Part shown: piece by piece, positions 48,933 to 58,878 of the stretch | Position numbering within the stretch: position 1 is the first letter of the stretch | Layout: each line of letters opens with the position of its first letter | Origin: Nitrospirota bacterium | Lineage (GTDB): Bacteria > Nitrospirota > Thermodesulfovibrionia > Thermodesulfovibrionales > Dissulfurispiraceae | Direction of reading: 5' to 3' | NCBI GenBank assembly: GCA_963710375.1 | Contig: CAVPZX010000005.1 | Span: 461,823-525,822, forward strand | Length of the DNA stretch: 64,000 nucleotides | Position numbers and translations under genes: made by a program | Notes under the pieces: generated by a model | Databases searched by the model: none | What the model was told of the DNA's origin: nothing | What the model saw: only the letters and a program-made list of their open reading frames with translations

Positions 48933-49787
48933 TTATGGTGCATACATGTATTTCAGTTCCGGTGAGGGGAGTATCTTTGATACGCCTTCCTGTATCCTGC
49001 CGCTCAACAGGTCGAGAATGTGGTTCTTTTCTTTTTTGGTTATTACTTCGGGCTCCCCTTTTATTCCTGCCATTCTTGCAGCGGTTTTGATTGCGTAATC
49101 GAGGTCTCCCAGTTCGTCCACAAGGCCGGCCTTTATCGCTTGACTTCCTGAAAATATTCTGCCGTCGGCGATTTCCCTGACCTTATCAATAGGCATCTTT
49201 CTCCCTTCGGACACTGCGGAAATAAACTGTTCATGGACGTCATCCATCACGCCTTGCAGGATAGCACGATCCTCTTTCCCTATGCCTCTGAAAGGAGAGG
49301 CAATATCTTTATGCTTACCACTTTTTATAACTTCTGTTTTTACTCCTATCTTATCCATAAGCACTTTAACATTAGGGACTTCCATAATTACTCCTATGGA
49401 GCCGGTAAGAGTGCCCGGATTAGCGACAATTTTAGTTGCCGGGGCGGAAATATAGTAACCGCCGGATGCTGCAAGAGAACCCATAGACACTACCACTTTT
49501 TTTTTGGCGGCTAACCTTTTAACTTCATCATATATCTCCTGTGAAGGGACGACACCGCCTCCGGGACTGTTGACCCTGAGTACTATGGCCTTTATTGAGT
49601 TGTCTTTTTTGTATCCGTCTAGTTCATCGATAATTGATTTCGCTTCTATTATAGGTCCCTCTACCCTGACAAGCGCTACTTTGCCGCCGAAAGATATCTT
49701 TTGCTGGAAAAACGTGAACAAAGCGCTTAAAGCAATCAGAAATAAAAAGAACACGGCCACGACAATACAGGTTTTTTTAATTTTCAT
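48933..49787 (-). CDS. sppA: Signal peptide peptidase SppA (36K type)
   Basis: RVNSPGG, AASGGYYI, TGSIGV, DGRIFSG. Confidence 0.93.
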   Translation of the reverse strand: MKIKKTCIVVAVFFLFLIALSALFTFFQQKISFGGKVALVRVEGPIIEAKSIIDELDGYKKDNSIKAIVLRVNSPGGGVVPSQEIYDEVKRLAAKKKVVVSMGSLAASGGYYISAPATKIVANPGTLTGSIGVIMEVPNVKVLMDKIGVKTEVIKSGKHKDIASPFRGIGKEDRAILQGVMDDVHEQFISAVSEGRKMPIDKVREIADGRIFSGSQAIKAGLVDELGDLDYAIKTAARMAGIKGEPEVITKKEKNHILDLLSGRIQEGVSKILPSPELKYMYAP

Positions 49788-51381
49788 GTGTTTTCAGGTT
49801 TTTCATGCTGAGGCCTATTTTCCTGTCCTCAATATTCAATTTTATGATCCTTACCATTATCTCAGAGCCTTCTTGTATTTCTTTCGAGGCATCTATCTCA
49901 GATGAGTATACAAGCCCCTCTACATCTCCGTCCAATTCTACAAACATGCCGAAATCCGTGATCCTCAATACCTTTCCCTTAAACTCTCCGCCAAGTTTGA
50001 ATTTTGCGGGTATTTCATTTTGCCACGGATCGGGCGTCAATTGCTTTATGCCAAGGGCCATCCGCTCTTTTTCGGGATCTAGGCTCAGTACGACCGCCTC
50101 GACTTTTTGGCCTTTCTTGAGTGCCTCAGAAGGGTGCTTGATATGTTTGGTCCACGAAAGGTCTGAAATGTGAATCAATCCGTCCACGCCCTCGGGGATC
50201 CTCATAAATGCCCCGAAATCAGTAATGGTTTTAATTTTTCCGGTAACAATATCGCCGACCTTATACTGCTTTCCCACAAGTTCCCATGGCTTCGGAAAGA
50301 GTTGTTTGAGGCTGAGAGAGAGCCTCCTCTCCTCCTTGTTAATGCTCAGCACAATTGCCTCAACCTCATCGCCGATTGAAACATACTTTGACGGATGCTT
50401 AACGCGCGGCGCCCAATCCAGTTCCGATACATGAACCAGCCCCTCCAGGCCCTCCTCAATTTCTATGAAGACTCCATAATCGGCAATGGTTACTACTTTC
50501 CCTTTTATCCTCATGCCAGGCAAGTATTTCTCGTCCACTGTCAGCCATGGGTCGCTTATTTTCTGTTTGTATCCGAGGGTTATTTTCTGTGATTCCCCAT
50601 CATACTTGAGGACAATAAAGCTGGCCTCATCTCCGATAGAGAAGAATTCGGAAGGATGGTTTACCCTTCTCCATGATATGTCCGAAATATGGAGCAACCC
50701 ATCTATTCCGCCCAAATCGACGAAGACTCCGTAGTCGGTTATGTTTTTCACCGTGCCTTTCAGAACTGCGCCCTCTGAAAGCAGTTTGAGCGTGTCCTTT
50801 TTCTTTTTGTTTCTCTCTTCCTCGATGATGACCCGCCGCGATACAATAATGGACAGTCCCGAGGTTTGGCCTGAGAAACTTTTTTGCGTAACCAGCTTCA
50901 GTATCCTCAGGGGAACTACCTGGCCAATATAAGCGTCAATGTCTTTTACTCCCTTAATATCTATCTGGGAAGCTGGCAGAAATGCCTTTGTGCCCATAAC
51001 ATCGACAAACAATCCGCCTTTTGTCTTCTCAATGATCTTGCCCTCGATCTGTGTATGGTTGTTAAAGGCTGCAGTCAGCGTCTCAAGGCACTTGATTTTA
51101 AGGGCCTTATCCTTCGACAGGATAACGACTCCCTCCTCATCGTTTATTCTTTCGACAAGGACATCTATCTCGGCACCCGCGGTCAGCTCAGACAGTTCTT
51201 TTTCCGTAAACTCCGAGGCCGGGATGATGCCTTCGGATTTATATCCGACATCCACGACGACAGTATCATTTTTAACTGCCATGATGCGTCCTTTTGTAAC
51301 GGTCCCTCTCTCTACACGGTGTAGTGTTTCAGCATAGAGTTTTTCGAGTTCGTTTGTTTCTTCCTTTGTTTGGGTGTCCAT
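49777..51381 (-). CDS. rpsA: 30S ribosomal protein S1
   Basis: Six S1 repeats (DVGYKSEG, DYGVFVDLGGIDGLLHISD and others). Confidence 0.97.
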   Translation of the reverse strand: MDTQTKEETNELEKLYAETLHRVERGTVTKGRIMAVKNDTVVVDVGYKSEGIIPASEFTEKELSELTAGAEIDVLVERINDEEGVVILSKDKALKIKCLETLTAAFNNHTQIEGKIIEKTKGGLFVDVMGTKAFLPASQIDIKGVKDIDAYIGQVVPLRILKLVTQKSFSGQTSGLSIIVSRRVIIEEERNKKKKDTLKLLSEGAVLKGTVKNITDYGVFVDLGGIDGLLHISDISWRRVNHPSEFFSIGDEASFIVLKYDGESQKITLGYKQKISDPWLTVDEKYLPGMRIKGKVVTIADYGVFIEIEEGLEGLVHVSELDWAPRVKHPSKYVSIGDEVEAIVLSINKEERRLSLSLKQLFPKPWELVGKQYKVGDIVTGKIKTITDFGAFMRIPEGVDGLIHISDLSWTKHIKHPSEALKKGQKVEAVVLSLDPEKERMALGIKQLTPDPWQNEIPAKFKLGGEFKGKVLRITDFGMFVELDGDVEGLVYSSEIDASKEIQEGSEIMVRIIKLNIEDRKIGLSMKNLKTHEN

Positions 51382-52231
51382 TAGGTGCCCTTCCTCCTCT
51401 ATCTCTAATTCTTTCTTCTACCTCTTTAATGATCCAGTCCGGAGTCGAAGCTCCAGCGGTTATTCCCACGCTCTGCACACCGGAAAACCAGCTCTCCCTT
51501 ATTTCGGAGGCGGTCTCTATATGATAAGTGGGGACTGACATGGAAGTGCAGAGATGCGCGAGTTGTGTGGTATTGGCGCTGTTCTTGCCGCCGACAACAA
51601 GCACCATATCGACCGCCTTTGCCATTTGCTTTGTCTCCTTAAGCCTGAGCGCTGTTGAATTACATATTGTATTATAAACTTTAATTTCCTTGACGTGCTC
51701 AAGCATTTCCAGCATAATTTCTTTTAAAAGCGATAGAGGCTGGGTTGTTTGCACTACAACGCCCACCTTGTTTTGCAGCTTTGGAAGCGCCTCGCCACGA
51801 TTGACCACAACGACATCTTCACCGGCATAGCTCATGAGACCCTTGACTTCAGGGTGTTCCTTATCGCCGATAATGACGACCTGATATCCGGCCTCCTTTA
51901 AAAGTTTAGCATATTGCTGTGCCTTTTTCACAAAAGGACATGTGGCGTCAATGACTTTATATGTTTTCAGGCGAAGTTTTTCCAAAACCTCGCGAGGGAC
52001 TCCGTGTGTTCTTATGATAAGTACTCTTATGTTAGCGCCATTAATAGTACTTACCGGCTTAACACCCTCGGATCTCAGCCGTTCGATGACCTGGGGGTTA
52101 TGGATTATCGGTCCAAGCGTATATACGTCACTGCTGTCTTGAGCGGTGTTGAACGCCATGTCAATAGCCCTTTTGACGCCGAAGCAGAACCCCGCCCTTT
52201 TAGCGGTCATAATTTTTACGTCATTCCCCAT
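51329..52231 (-). CDS. ispH: 4-hydroxy-3-methylbut-2-enyl diphosphate reductase
   Basis: GFCFGV, IIHNP, DATCPFV, NTICN, ITAGASTP. Confidence 0.96.
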   Translation of the reverse strand: MGNDVKIMTAKRAGFCFGVKRAIDMAFNTAQDSSDVYTLGPIIHNPQVIERLRSEGVKPVSTINGANIRVLIIRTHGVPREVLEKLRLKTYKVIDATCPFVKKAQQYAKLLKEAGYQVVIIGDKEHPEVKGLMSYAGEDVVVVNRGEALPKLQNKVGVVVQTTQPLSLLKEIMLEMLEHVKEIKVYNTICNSTALRLKETKQMAKAVDMVLVVGGKNSANTTQLAHLCTSMSVPTYHIETASEIRESWFSGVQSVGITAGASTPDWIIKEVEERIRDRGGRAPNGHPNKGRNKRTRKTLC

Positions 52232-52293
52232 ACTTGTAGGATACAGAATTTTGAACAGGTATTCAAGGTGTTATATAAAAAGAGAGTTACCCT

Positions 52294-52947
52294 CTAATCC
52301 TCTGACAGTGCCTTTAAAATGGCGGCGGCCACCTCATCAAGGCCCATACTTGTCGTGTCGATATAAATGGCATCCTCCGCACGTTTAAGCGGTGCGATGT
52401 CGCGCTGGCTGTCCCGCATATCCCTCTCGCTAACGTCTTTCAATGCCTCTTCCTTAGTAACCGGTGTCCCCTTTTCCTTCAACTGCAGGTATCTCCTTCG
52501 CGCCCTGCCCTCCACTGATGCATCAAGATAAAATTTCCTCCATGCACGGGGAAATACAACTGTCGTCATATCCCTTCCTTCGGCCACAATATCATCATAA
52601 AGTGCTGCATCGCGCTGTACCTGCAGAAGGAAGTCTCTAACTGTCCTGCGGGCTGAAAAAACAGAGGCATAATGTCCGGCCTCGGTCGTCCTGATCGCAT
52701 CGGATACATCCCTGCCATTCAAAAGGACCCTGCCGTTCTTAAAAAAAACCGTCACGCCTTCTAGAGCGCAGCTTATTTCTGCATCGCTGCTTTCAGGCGT
52801 CAGATTAGCGCTTCTCAAATGCAGCGCTATGGCGCGATATAGTGCCCCTGTATCAAGAAATTGAAATCCAAGTTTCTCTGCCAGGCGTTTCGATATAGTG
52901 CTTTTCCCTGAACCTGAGGGACCATCGATTGCAATAACCTTTTTCAT
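52294..52947 (-). CDS. cmk: Cytidylate kinase
   Basis: IDGPSGSGKST, DTGALYR, EGRD. Confidence 0.96.
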   Translation of the reverse strand: MKKVIAIDGPSGSGKSTISKRLAEKLGFQFLDTGALYRAIALHLRSANLTPESSDAEISCALEGVTVFFKNGRVLLNGRDVSDAIRTTEAGHYASVFSARRTVRDFLLQVQRDAALYDDIVAEGRDMTTVVFPRAWRKFYLDASVEGRARRRYLQLKEKGTPVTKEEALKDVSERDMRDSQRDIAPLKRAEDAIYIDTTSMGLDEVAAAILKALSED

Positions 52948-53086
52948 AACTAACTGTGAATAGTGAATAGTGAATGGTGAATCGTAAACTGCAAGGCTAA
53001 AAAGAAGGCTGACTTCACATTTATTGTTTTGTATTTGACTTCTATCTGTTCACTATTCACGTTTCACCATTCACTATTCACGGTTG

Positions 53087-53620
53087 TTAGTCGCCTTCAA
53101 ATTCTGTCAGCGAAAATACTTTATACCCTTTTGCCATAAGTTTAGTCGATCCCCCTACATCGGGGAGATTGACTATAAAGGCCATTTCAGCCACTATACC
53201 TCCCAATTTTTCAATAAGTGCCGCCGCTGCCATCGCTGTTCCTCCTGTAGCGAGGAGATCATCTATAAGGAGCACGCGGGCGCCTTTTGAGAGGGAATCT
53301 TTGTGCATTTCTATAACATCGGTGCCATACTCAAGGGAATATTCATGGCGCACTGTTTCAGCGGGGAGTTTTCCTGCTTTCCTGACGGGAATAAACCCCT
53401 TACCCAGTGTGTAGGAAAGTGCGCCGCCTATAATAAAACCTCTGGATTCTATGCCTACAATGACGTCGAAGGCAACATCCCCTCGTATATACCGTTGCGT
53501 AAGGCTGTCTATAACCAGCCTGAACCCAACCGGGTCTTTGATAAGCGTAGTGATGTCCCTGAACATGATCCCTTTTTTCGGATAGTCAGGTATTGTCCTT
53601 ATCTTTGACTTTATTGGCAT
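53087..53620 (-). CDS. apt: Adenine phosphoribosyltransferase
   Basis: PDYPKKGIMFRDIT, LEYG, IDDLLATGGT. Confidence 0.96.
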   Translation of the reverse strand: MPIKSKIRTIPDYPKKGIMFRDITTLIKDPVGFRLVIDSLTQRYIRGDVAFDVIVGIESRGFIIGGALSYTLGKGFIPVRKAGKLPAETVRHEYSLEYGTDVIEMHKDSLSKGARVLLIDDLLATGGTAMAAAALIEKLGGIVAEMAFIVNLPDVGGSTKLMAKGYKVFSLTEFEGD

Positions 53621-53631
53621 GAGCTTTCCTC

Positions 53632-54399
53632 CTAACTTCTGCACGAGCATTCGGTGAGCTTTATTTTCCCGATAATGCTGATAAGCAGTTTTTTTACGTT
53701 CTCGGCGTTTCTCGTCATTATGGTATTAACTATCTCCCATGTGACCGGTTCTTCTCCTTCTTTCCAGCAGTCGTAATCGGTGGACATGGCAATTGACTGG
53801 TAGCAGATTCCTATCTCCCTTGCCAGTATGACTTCCGGCACCGTAGACATATTGATTACATCAGCCCCCAGCTTTCTGAACATATGCGATTCAGCTTTTG
53901 TGGAAAAGCGCGGACCCTCTATGGTTATGACTGTGCCTTTGCCGTGGTATCTTAGCTTCAATTCCCTGGCATTGGCAACGAGAAGAGCCCTCAGTTCATG
54001 ACAGAACGGCTCGCTCATCGGGGTATGAATTACCTTCTCATCATGAAAGGTGAGGGGTCTATGTTTTGTAAAATCGATAAACTGATCGACGAAGATAAAG
54101 TCACCAGGTTTTATCCGTCCTCTCAGGGACCCTACAGCCGTGGTGGCAAGGATATGAGTACAGCCCTCTTTCTTGAGTGCGTGGATATTGGCCCTGTAAT
54201 TAACGCCTGAAGGATATATCGAATGGTTCTTGCCGTGGCGGGCAAGGACGACTACATCCACCCCTTTGATGGTTCCTATGGTAAGGCGTGATGAAGGACT
54301 GCCATAAGGGGTGGCAACTTTTTTCTCCCTTTTTACTTTTATAATGCGGGGGTCATCCATACCAGACCCGCCGATAATACCGATTTTTACAGTGTCCAT
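53632..54399 (-). CDS. mtnP: S-methyl-5'-thioadenosine phosphorylase
   Basis: IGIIGGSG, LARHG, EGPRFST, STDYDCW. Confidence 0.9.
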   Translation of the reverse strand: MDTVKIGIIGGSGMDDPRIIKVKREKKVATPYGSPSSRLTIGTIKGVDVVVLARHGKNHSIYPSGVNYRANIHALKKEGCTHILATTAVGSLRGRIKPGDFIFVDQFIDFTKHRPLTFHDEKVIHTPMSEPFCHELRALLVANARELKLRYHGKGTVITIEGPRFSTKAESHMFRKLGADVINMSTVPEVILAREIGICYQSIAMSTDYDCWKEGEEPVTWEIVNTIMTRNAENVKKLLISIIGKIKLTECSCRS

Positions 54400-54515
54400 A
54401 CCTCCCCCCGAAAAATTAATTGGAAAATAAATGACGCTTGCAGTAAAATCGAATAAGTGAAATAATAGCATAATTAGCTCTGATCTAACTACTGTGGAGA
54501 GTCTGGGCATACGCC

Positions 54516-54992
54516 ATGGAAAAGAAGCAGCAACGTGATAAGACAAAAAAAAGTATTGGAAGCACAAGCTCAAAGAAGGAGCATGACAGGAGTTTTTTCA
54601 GGGTTGATGCCCATATCCATATGTTAAGCGGTCTGGTTCCCCACGAAGAGAGGGCTAATATCTCATCGAGGGAGCTCCCATCCACACCTGTCAGTGCATG
54701 GGAGACGGAGACGTTGAAGAAAGTGAATATTAGCGGTGCGGGCATTGCTTTTCATTCCGACGACTTTTACGCAGTTGGAGATATTGTTGCGCTTAAAATG
54801 ATGTTCAAGAAGGATTGGGCAGTTCCGTTGCTTGTTTATGGCGAGGTAATGCGTGTTGAGCCACTTACGCGATATTGCCGGGTTGCGGTGAAATTCGTAG
54901 CTCTCAATGAGAGGATAAAGAGCATCATTATGCGGTTCGTATTCGAAAGAGAGCGGGATATAATAGCGGAAAAAAGGGTAGGGTGGCTATAG
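54516..54992 (+). CDS. PilZ domain protein
   Basis: RSFFR (RxxxR) and NISGAG motifs. Confidence 0.8.
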   Translation: MEKKQQRDKTKKSIGSTSSKKEHDRSFFRVDAHIHMLSGLVPHEERANISSRELPSTPVSAWETETLKKVNISGAGIAFHSDDFYAVGDIVALKMMFKKDWAVPLLVYGEVMRVEPLTRYCRVAVKFVALNERIKSIIMRFVFERERDIIAEKRVGWL

Positions 54993-54993
54993 C

Positions 54994-56301
54994 CTATTGC
55001 CTATCGCCTGTTATGTTTTTTAGTTGCTCGAAAAAACCGGGGAACGAGATGTTGACACAGGAGGCGTTGTCAATAACTGTTGTCCCATCCGCAACAAGAG
55101 CAGCAACGGCCATGGACATAGCTATGCGGTGGTCACTGTGACTGTCCACGCTGCCGCCCGTTAATACTTTTTTGCCCTTTATAGCGATTCCGTCTGTGAA
55201 TTCCTCGACCTCGACGCCGAGTTTTCTGAGTTCTGATGCCATCGCCTTGATCCTGTCAGATTCCTTTACCCTCAATTCTTCTGCACCCCGTATCTCCGTA
55301 ATACCCTCTGCCTGTGTAGCAAGGACGCAGATTATGGGGAATTCGTCTATAATCCTGGGTATGCCTTCTTTGGTGATCGTGACTGCCTTGAGCAGACCGG
55401 CGGTCTTGCAGTAGAGGTCGGCGACCGGCTCACCCGATATTTCCCGGCCGTTAAGCAATTTTACTGTGGCTCCCATCTCCCTTATTACATCAATCAGGCC
55501 GGTCCTCGTAGCGTTGACCCCGACGTTTTTGATCATAATCTCGGAGCCCGGCACAATGAGGGCCGCTGCAAGGAAAAATGCTGCCGATGAGAAATCAGAA
55601 GGCACGGTTATGTCTAACGCGTTAAGTTCAGTGCCTCCCTTTATCTTGATGGGCCTTCCGCTGCCGCCTGATTCAATATGTGCTCCCATTGAAGCAAGCA
55701 TCTTTTCGGTGTGATCGCGGGACTTGTACGGCTCGGTAATCGATGTGACGCCATCGGCATAAAGCCCTGCAAGAATAAGGCATGATTTCACCTGGGCTGA
55801 TGCTACCGGCATTTCATAATTCAGTGCCTTGAGGCTGACTCCTTTTATAGCAATTGGGAGCCGTGTGTCACCTGACCTGCCCGAGATATTTGCGCCCATT
55901 GCCTGAAGAGGAGCGACAACCCGCGCCATAGGCCTCTGCCTGAGAGAAGCGTCGCCTGTGAGAGTTGAAAAGAACGGGCTGCCCGCAAGGATCCCTGAGA
56001 TGAGTCGAACAGTAGTTCCCGAATTGCCGCAATCAATGACATCAAAAGGTTCTTTAAGTCCGTAGAGTCCTTTGCCGTTTATGATTATTTCACTGCTGTC
56101 CTCTCCCAAAATTTCTATTCCAAGCATTCTGAACGCATTCATGGTGCTGAATGGATCGTCTGCCCTGAGAAAGTTCCTAACCTTGCTCTTTCCCTTGGCG
56201 ATTGATGCCAACATGATCGCACGATGGGAGATGGACTTGTCAGGGGGCAGCAACAACTCTCCCCTCAGTCCGCCGGCCTTTTTCAGTTCGACCTGTTTCA
56301 T
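54994..56301 (-). CDS. aroA: EPSP synthase
   Basis: DKSISHR, DCGNSGTT, SAQVKS, ELRVKESDRI, DHRIAM. Confidence 0.97.
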   Translation of the reverse strand: MKQVELKKAGGLRGELLLPPDKSISHRAIMLASIAKGKSKVRNFLRADDPFSTMNAFRMLGIEILGEDSSEIIINGKGLYGLKEPFDVIDCGNSGTTVRLISGILAGSPFFSTLTGDASLRQRPMARVVAPLQAMGANISGRSGDTRLPIAIKGVSLKALNYEMPVASAQVKSCLILAGLYADGVTSITEPYKSRDHTEKMLASMGAHIESGGSGRPIKIKGGTELNALDITVPSDFSSAAFFLAAALIVPGSEIMIKNVGVNATRTGLIDVIREMGATVKLLNGREISGEPVADLYCKTAGLLKAVTITKEGIPRIIDEFPIICVLATQAEGITEIRGAEELRVKESDRIKAMASELRKLGVEVEEFTDGIAIKGKKVLTGGSVDSHSDHRIAMSMAVAALVADGTTVIDNASCVNISFPGFFEQLKNITGDRQ

Positions 56302-56306
56302 CGGCG

Positions 56307-57161
56307 TCAGCACTTTTCCCTCAGTGTCCTGGCCTTTGAGAATTCATGCTCCAGGCCTGCGGCATCGGCATTTCTAATCAGCGAGGCGATTATACTGAGA
56401 TTGCTCCCGAAGCGCTCTATAAGTTCGATGAGATTATTTCCGTTAAGAAGCGAGATGTCCCTCCACATTTCGGGTGAACTGAGCGCTATCCTCGTCGCGT
56501 CCTTAAAGCCGGGGCCTGCGTACTTCAAATATTCGGCATTGCTGTCGTCTACCGTATTTACCAATGCAAAGGCAATTAGGTGTGGAAGATGACTGACAGC
56601 TGCATAAATCTCATCATGCAGCATAGGGTCCATTATTTCAACATTTCCCCCACATGATTCCCAGAGCGTAGTGATTTGTTGTACTGTGCGTTTCTCTGAA
56701 TGCTCAGTAGGAGTAACGATACACCGTGCCCCATCGAAAAGGTCTGCCCGGGCGTGGGCAATGCCTGATCTGTCACTTCCTGCTATGGGATGGGAGCCTA
56801 TATAGCGCACACCTTCAGGCATCAACTCTTCCAACTCATTTACGAGATGGCCTTTTACACTGCCCACATCCGTAATAAGGGTATTTTTCTTTAAGACATC
56901 CCGTATCTCGCGCACAATCTTATTGAATAAGCCAACAGGAGTCGAGAGGATAACAAGGTCCGCATGTTCACAAGCCTTTCTGATTTCGAGACTGTATTCG
57001 TTTATAATGCCCTGTTCCTTTGCCTGTTTTAAATTTGCCTCTGTCCTGCCATACCCGCAGACTGTACCGCAAAGTCCGCTTTTCTTAAGGGCAAGAGCGC
57101 ATGAGGCGCCAATCAAACCGACGCCGATAATAGTTACATTGTTGAATAAAGGCTCACGCAT
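56307..57161 (-). CDS. tyrA: Prephenate/arogenate dehydrogenase
   Basis: GVGLIG, DVGSVK, HPIAG, SHLPH, TRIA. Confidence 0.93.
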   Translation of the reverse strand: MREPLFNNVTIIGVGLIGASCALALKKSGLCGTVCGYGRTEANLKQAKEQGIINEYSLEIRKACEHADLVILSTPVGLFNKIVREIRDVLKKNTLITDVGSVKGHLVNELEELMPEGVRYIGSHPIAGSDRSGIAHARADLFDGARCIVTPTEHSEKRTVQQITTLWESCGGNVEIMDPMLHDEIYAAVSHLPHLIAFALVNTVDDSNAEYLKYAGPGFKDATRIALSSPEMWRDISLLNGNNLIELIERFGSNLSIIASLIRNADAAGLEHEFSKARTLREKC

Positions 57162-57232
57162 CGCCTCATATTATACCTTAAAATCTAAACTCCGTCTTGT
57201 GGTAAGATTGGAGGCAGTGGTAAACTATTTAT

Positions 57233-58741
57233 ATGTCTTTTTCTATTCTTGTCCGCGGAGTTAACTGGATAGGCGATGCCGTTATGACCACGCCTGCTTT
57301 GCGGGCATTGAGAAAGGCATACCCCGGAGCCACCATAAGCCTGCTTGTCAAACCTCAGGTAATACCGGTTTTTGAAAACAATCCCGATATCGACGAGATA
57401 ATAGCTTATGATGAGAAATTTATTGGCTTCATAGGTAAACTCAAGCTCGCCCGGCTGCTCAGGAAGCGGCAATTTTCGATGGCCATACTCCTGCAGAATG
57501 CCTTTGACGCCGCGATGATTGCCTATCTTGCCCGGATCCCGAAGAGGATTGGTTACAACAGAGACAGAAGGGGTTTTCTGTTAACAGACCCTATTCCCTT
57601 TAACGGCGATGACCGTAAAGTCCACCACATAGCTTATTACTTGAACCTTCTTGCATCAGCCGGTATCCCATCAGGCTTTGAGGAGCCTGTGGTTCACCTA
57701 TCCCTTGAGGAGCGGTTGCAAGCCCGTGCTGTTCTATCTGAATTGAGCAGGCCCTTACTGGGTATCAACCCCGGCGCAACCTTCGGCTCTTCAAAACGAT
57801 GGTTTCCGGGCAGATTCGCTGAGGTGGCGAACTGGTTAAGAAGGGACACAGGCGGCAATGTGGTGATTTTCGGGAGTCAAAGCGAGATGGCGCTTGCACA
57901 TGAGATAGACAAGCTCATTCCCGAGGGCAAGCTATCTCTTGCAGGGAAGACATCGCTCAGAGAGCTGGCTGCGCTGATTTCGGAATGTGACGTTTTGATT
58001 GCCAACGATTCGGGCGCCATGCATATCGCCTGCGCAGTCGGCACGCCCACTCTTGCGATATTCGGATCAACTGATCCGAAGCTTACCGGCCCATTGGGCG
58101 AAGGACACAACGTGATAAAAAAAGACTTTTCATGCAGCCCGTGTTTTGAGCGCAGTTGCTTAACAAAAGATATGCGGTGCATGTATACGGTCACTGCCGA
58201 GGAGGTTTTTTTCAAGGTTAAAGACATGCTCCCGCACAGCAGGGCGGTATTTTTTGATAGGGACGGCACCCTGTGCAGGGACGCCGACTACCTCAGCGAC
58301 TGGAAGGATTTTGAAATATTTCCCGATATTCAGAGTATAGGGATACTTAAAGAGAAGGGGTTTCTTCTTATCGGACTCACGAATCAGTCTGGCATATCCA
58401 GGGGGTTAGTTAAAGAATCCTTTGCAAAGGATGTTAATGCGGTTTTTGCGGGCACTTATGGATTTGATGACTTTTATTATTGCCCCCACAGTCCCGATGA
58501 CTATTGTCAGTGCAGGAAACCTGCTCCAGGCATGCTTATCAAAGCCAGGATGCAGCATGGCATTGACTTAAAGAGGTCTTTTGTCGTCGGTGACAAGGAT
58601 GCTGATATGCTGGCTGCAAAGGCAGTCGGCGCCCGGGGGATACTGGTCACCACAGGGAAACAGCAGGCATCGACGTATGCCGATAAGGTAGTCGGCAGCC
58701 TTAAAGAAGCGGTCAGGGTGATATTGGCTGATGAAACTTGA
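57233..58741 (+). CDS. waaF: LPS heptosyltransferase II fused to GmhB-like heptose bisphosphate phosphatase
   Basis: NWIGDAVM, NDSGAMH (GT9); C-terminal FFDRDGTL, TNQSG, CPH, CRKPAPGM, VGD. Confidence 0.88.
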   Translation: MSFSILVRGVNWIGDAVMTTPALRALRKAYPGATISLLVKPQVIPVFENNPDIDEIIAYDEKFIGFIGKLKLARLLRKRQFSMAILLQNAFDAAMIAYLARIPKRIGYNRDRRGFLLTDPIPFNGDDRKVHHIAYYLNLLASAGIPSGFEEPVVHLSLEERLQARAVLSELSRPLLGINPGATFGSSKRWFPGRFAEVANWLRRDTGGNVVIFGSQSEMALAHEIDKLIPEGKLSLAGKTSLRELAALISECDVLIANDSGAMHIACAVGTPTLAIFGSTDPKLTGPLGEGHNVIKKDFSCSPCFERSCLTKDMRCMYTVTAEEVFFKVKDMLPHSRAVFFDRDGTLCRDADYLSDWKDFEIFPDIQSIGILKEKGFLLIGLTNQSGISRGLVKESFAKDVNAVFAGTYGFDDFYYCPHSPDDYCQCRKPAPGMLIKARMQHGIDLKRSFVVGDKDADMLAAKAVGARGILVTTGKQQASTYADKVVGSLKEAVRVILADET

Positions 58742-58863
58742 CGGTCTCGTAAAAAATCCATATGCGGCGTTGCGCTGCATACTTCGTCACTGCGGCGTAC
58801 AAATAAGTACGCCTCATTCCTCAGTATTTGCGCGCCTTGCCTACGGACTTTTTACGAAACCGT
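58741..58863. repeat. ~123-bp MITE/REP-like palindromic element
   Basis: Imperfect terminal inverted repeats acggtctcgtaaaaaatcc / ggactttttacgaaaccgt; central hairpin ggcgtac...gtacgcc. Confidence 0.7.
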
Positions 58864-58878
58864 ATTTTTATTTTGTTT

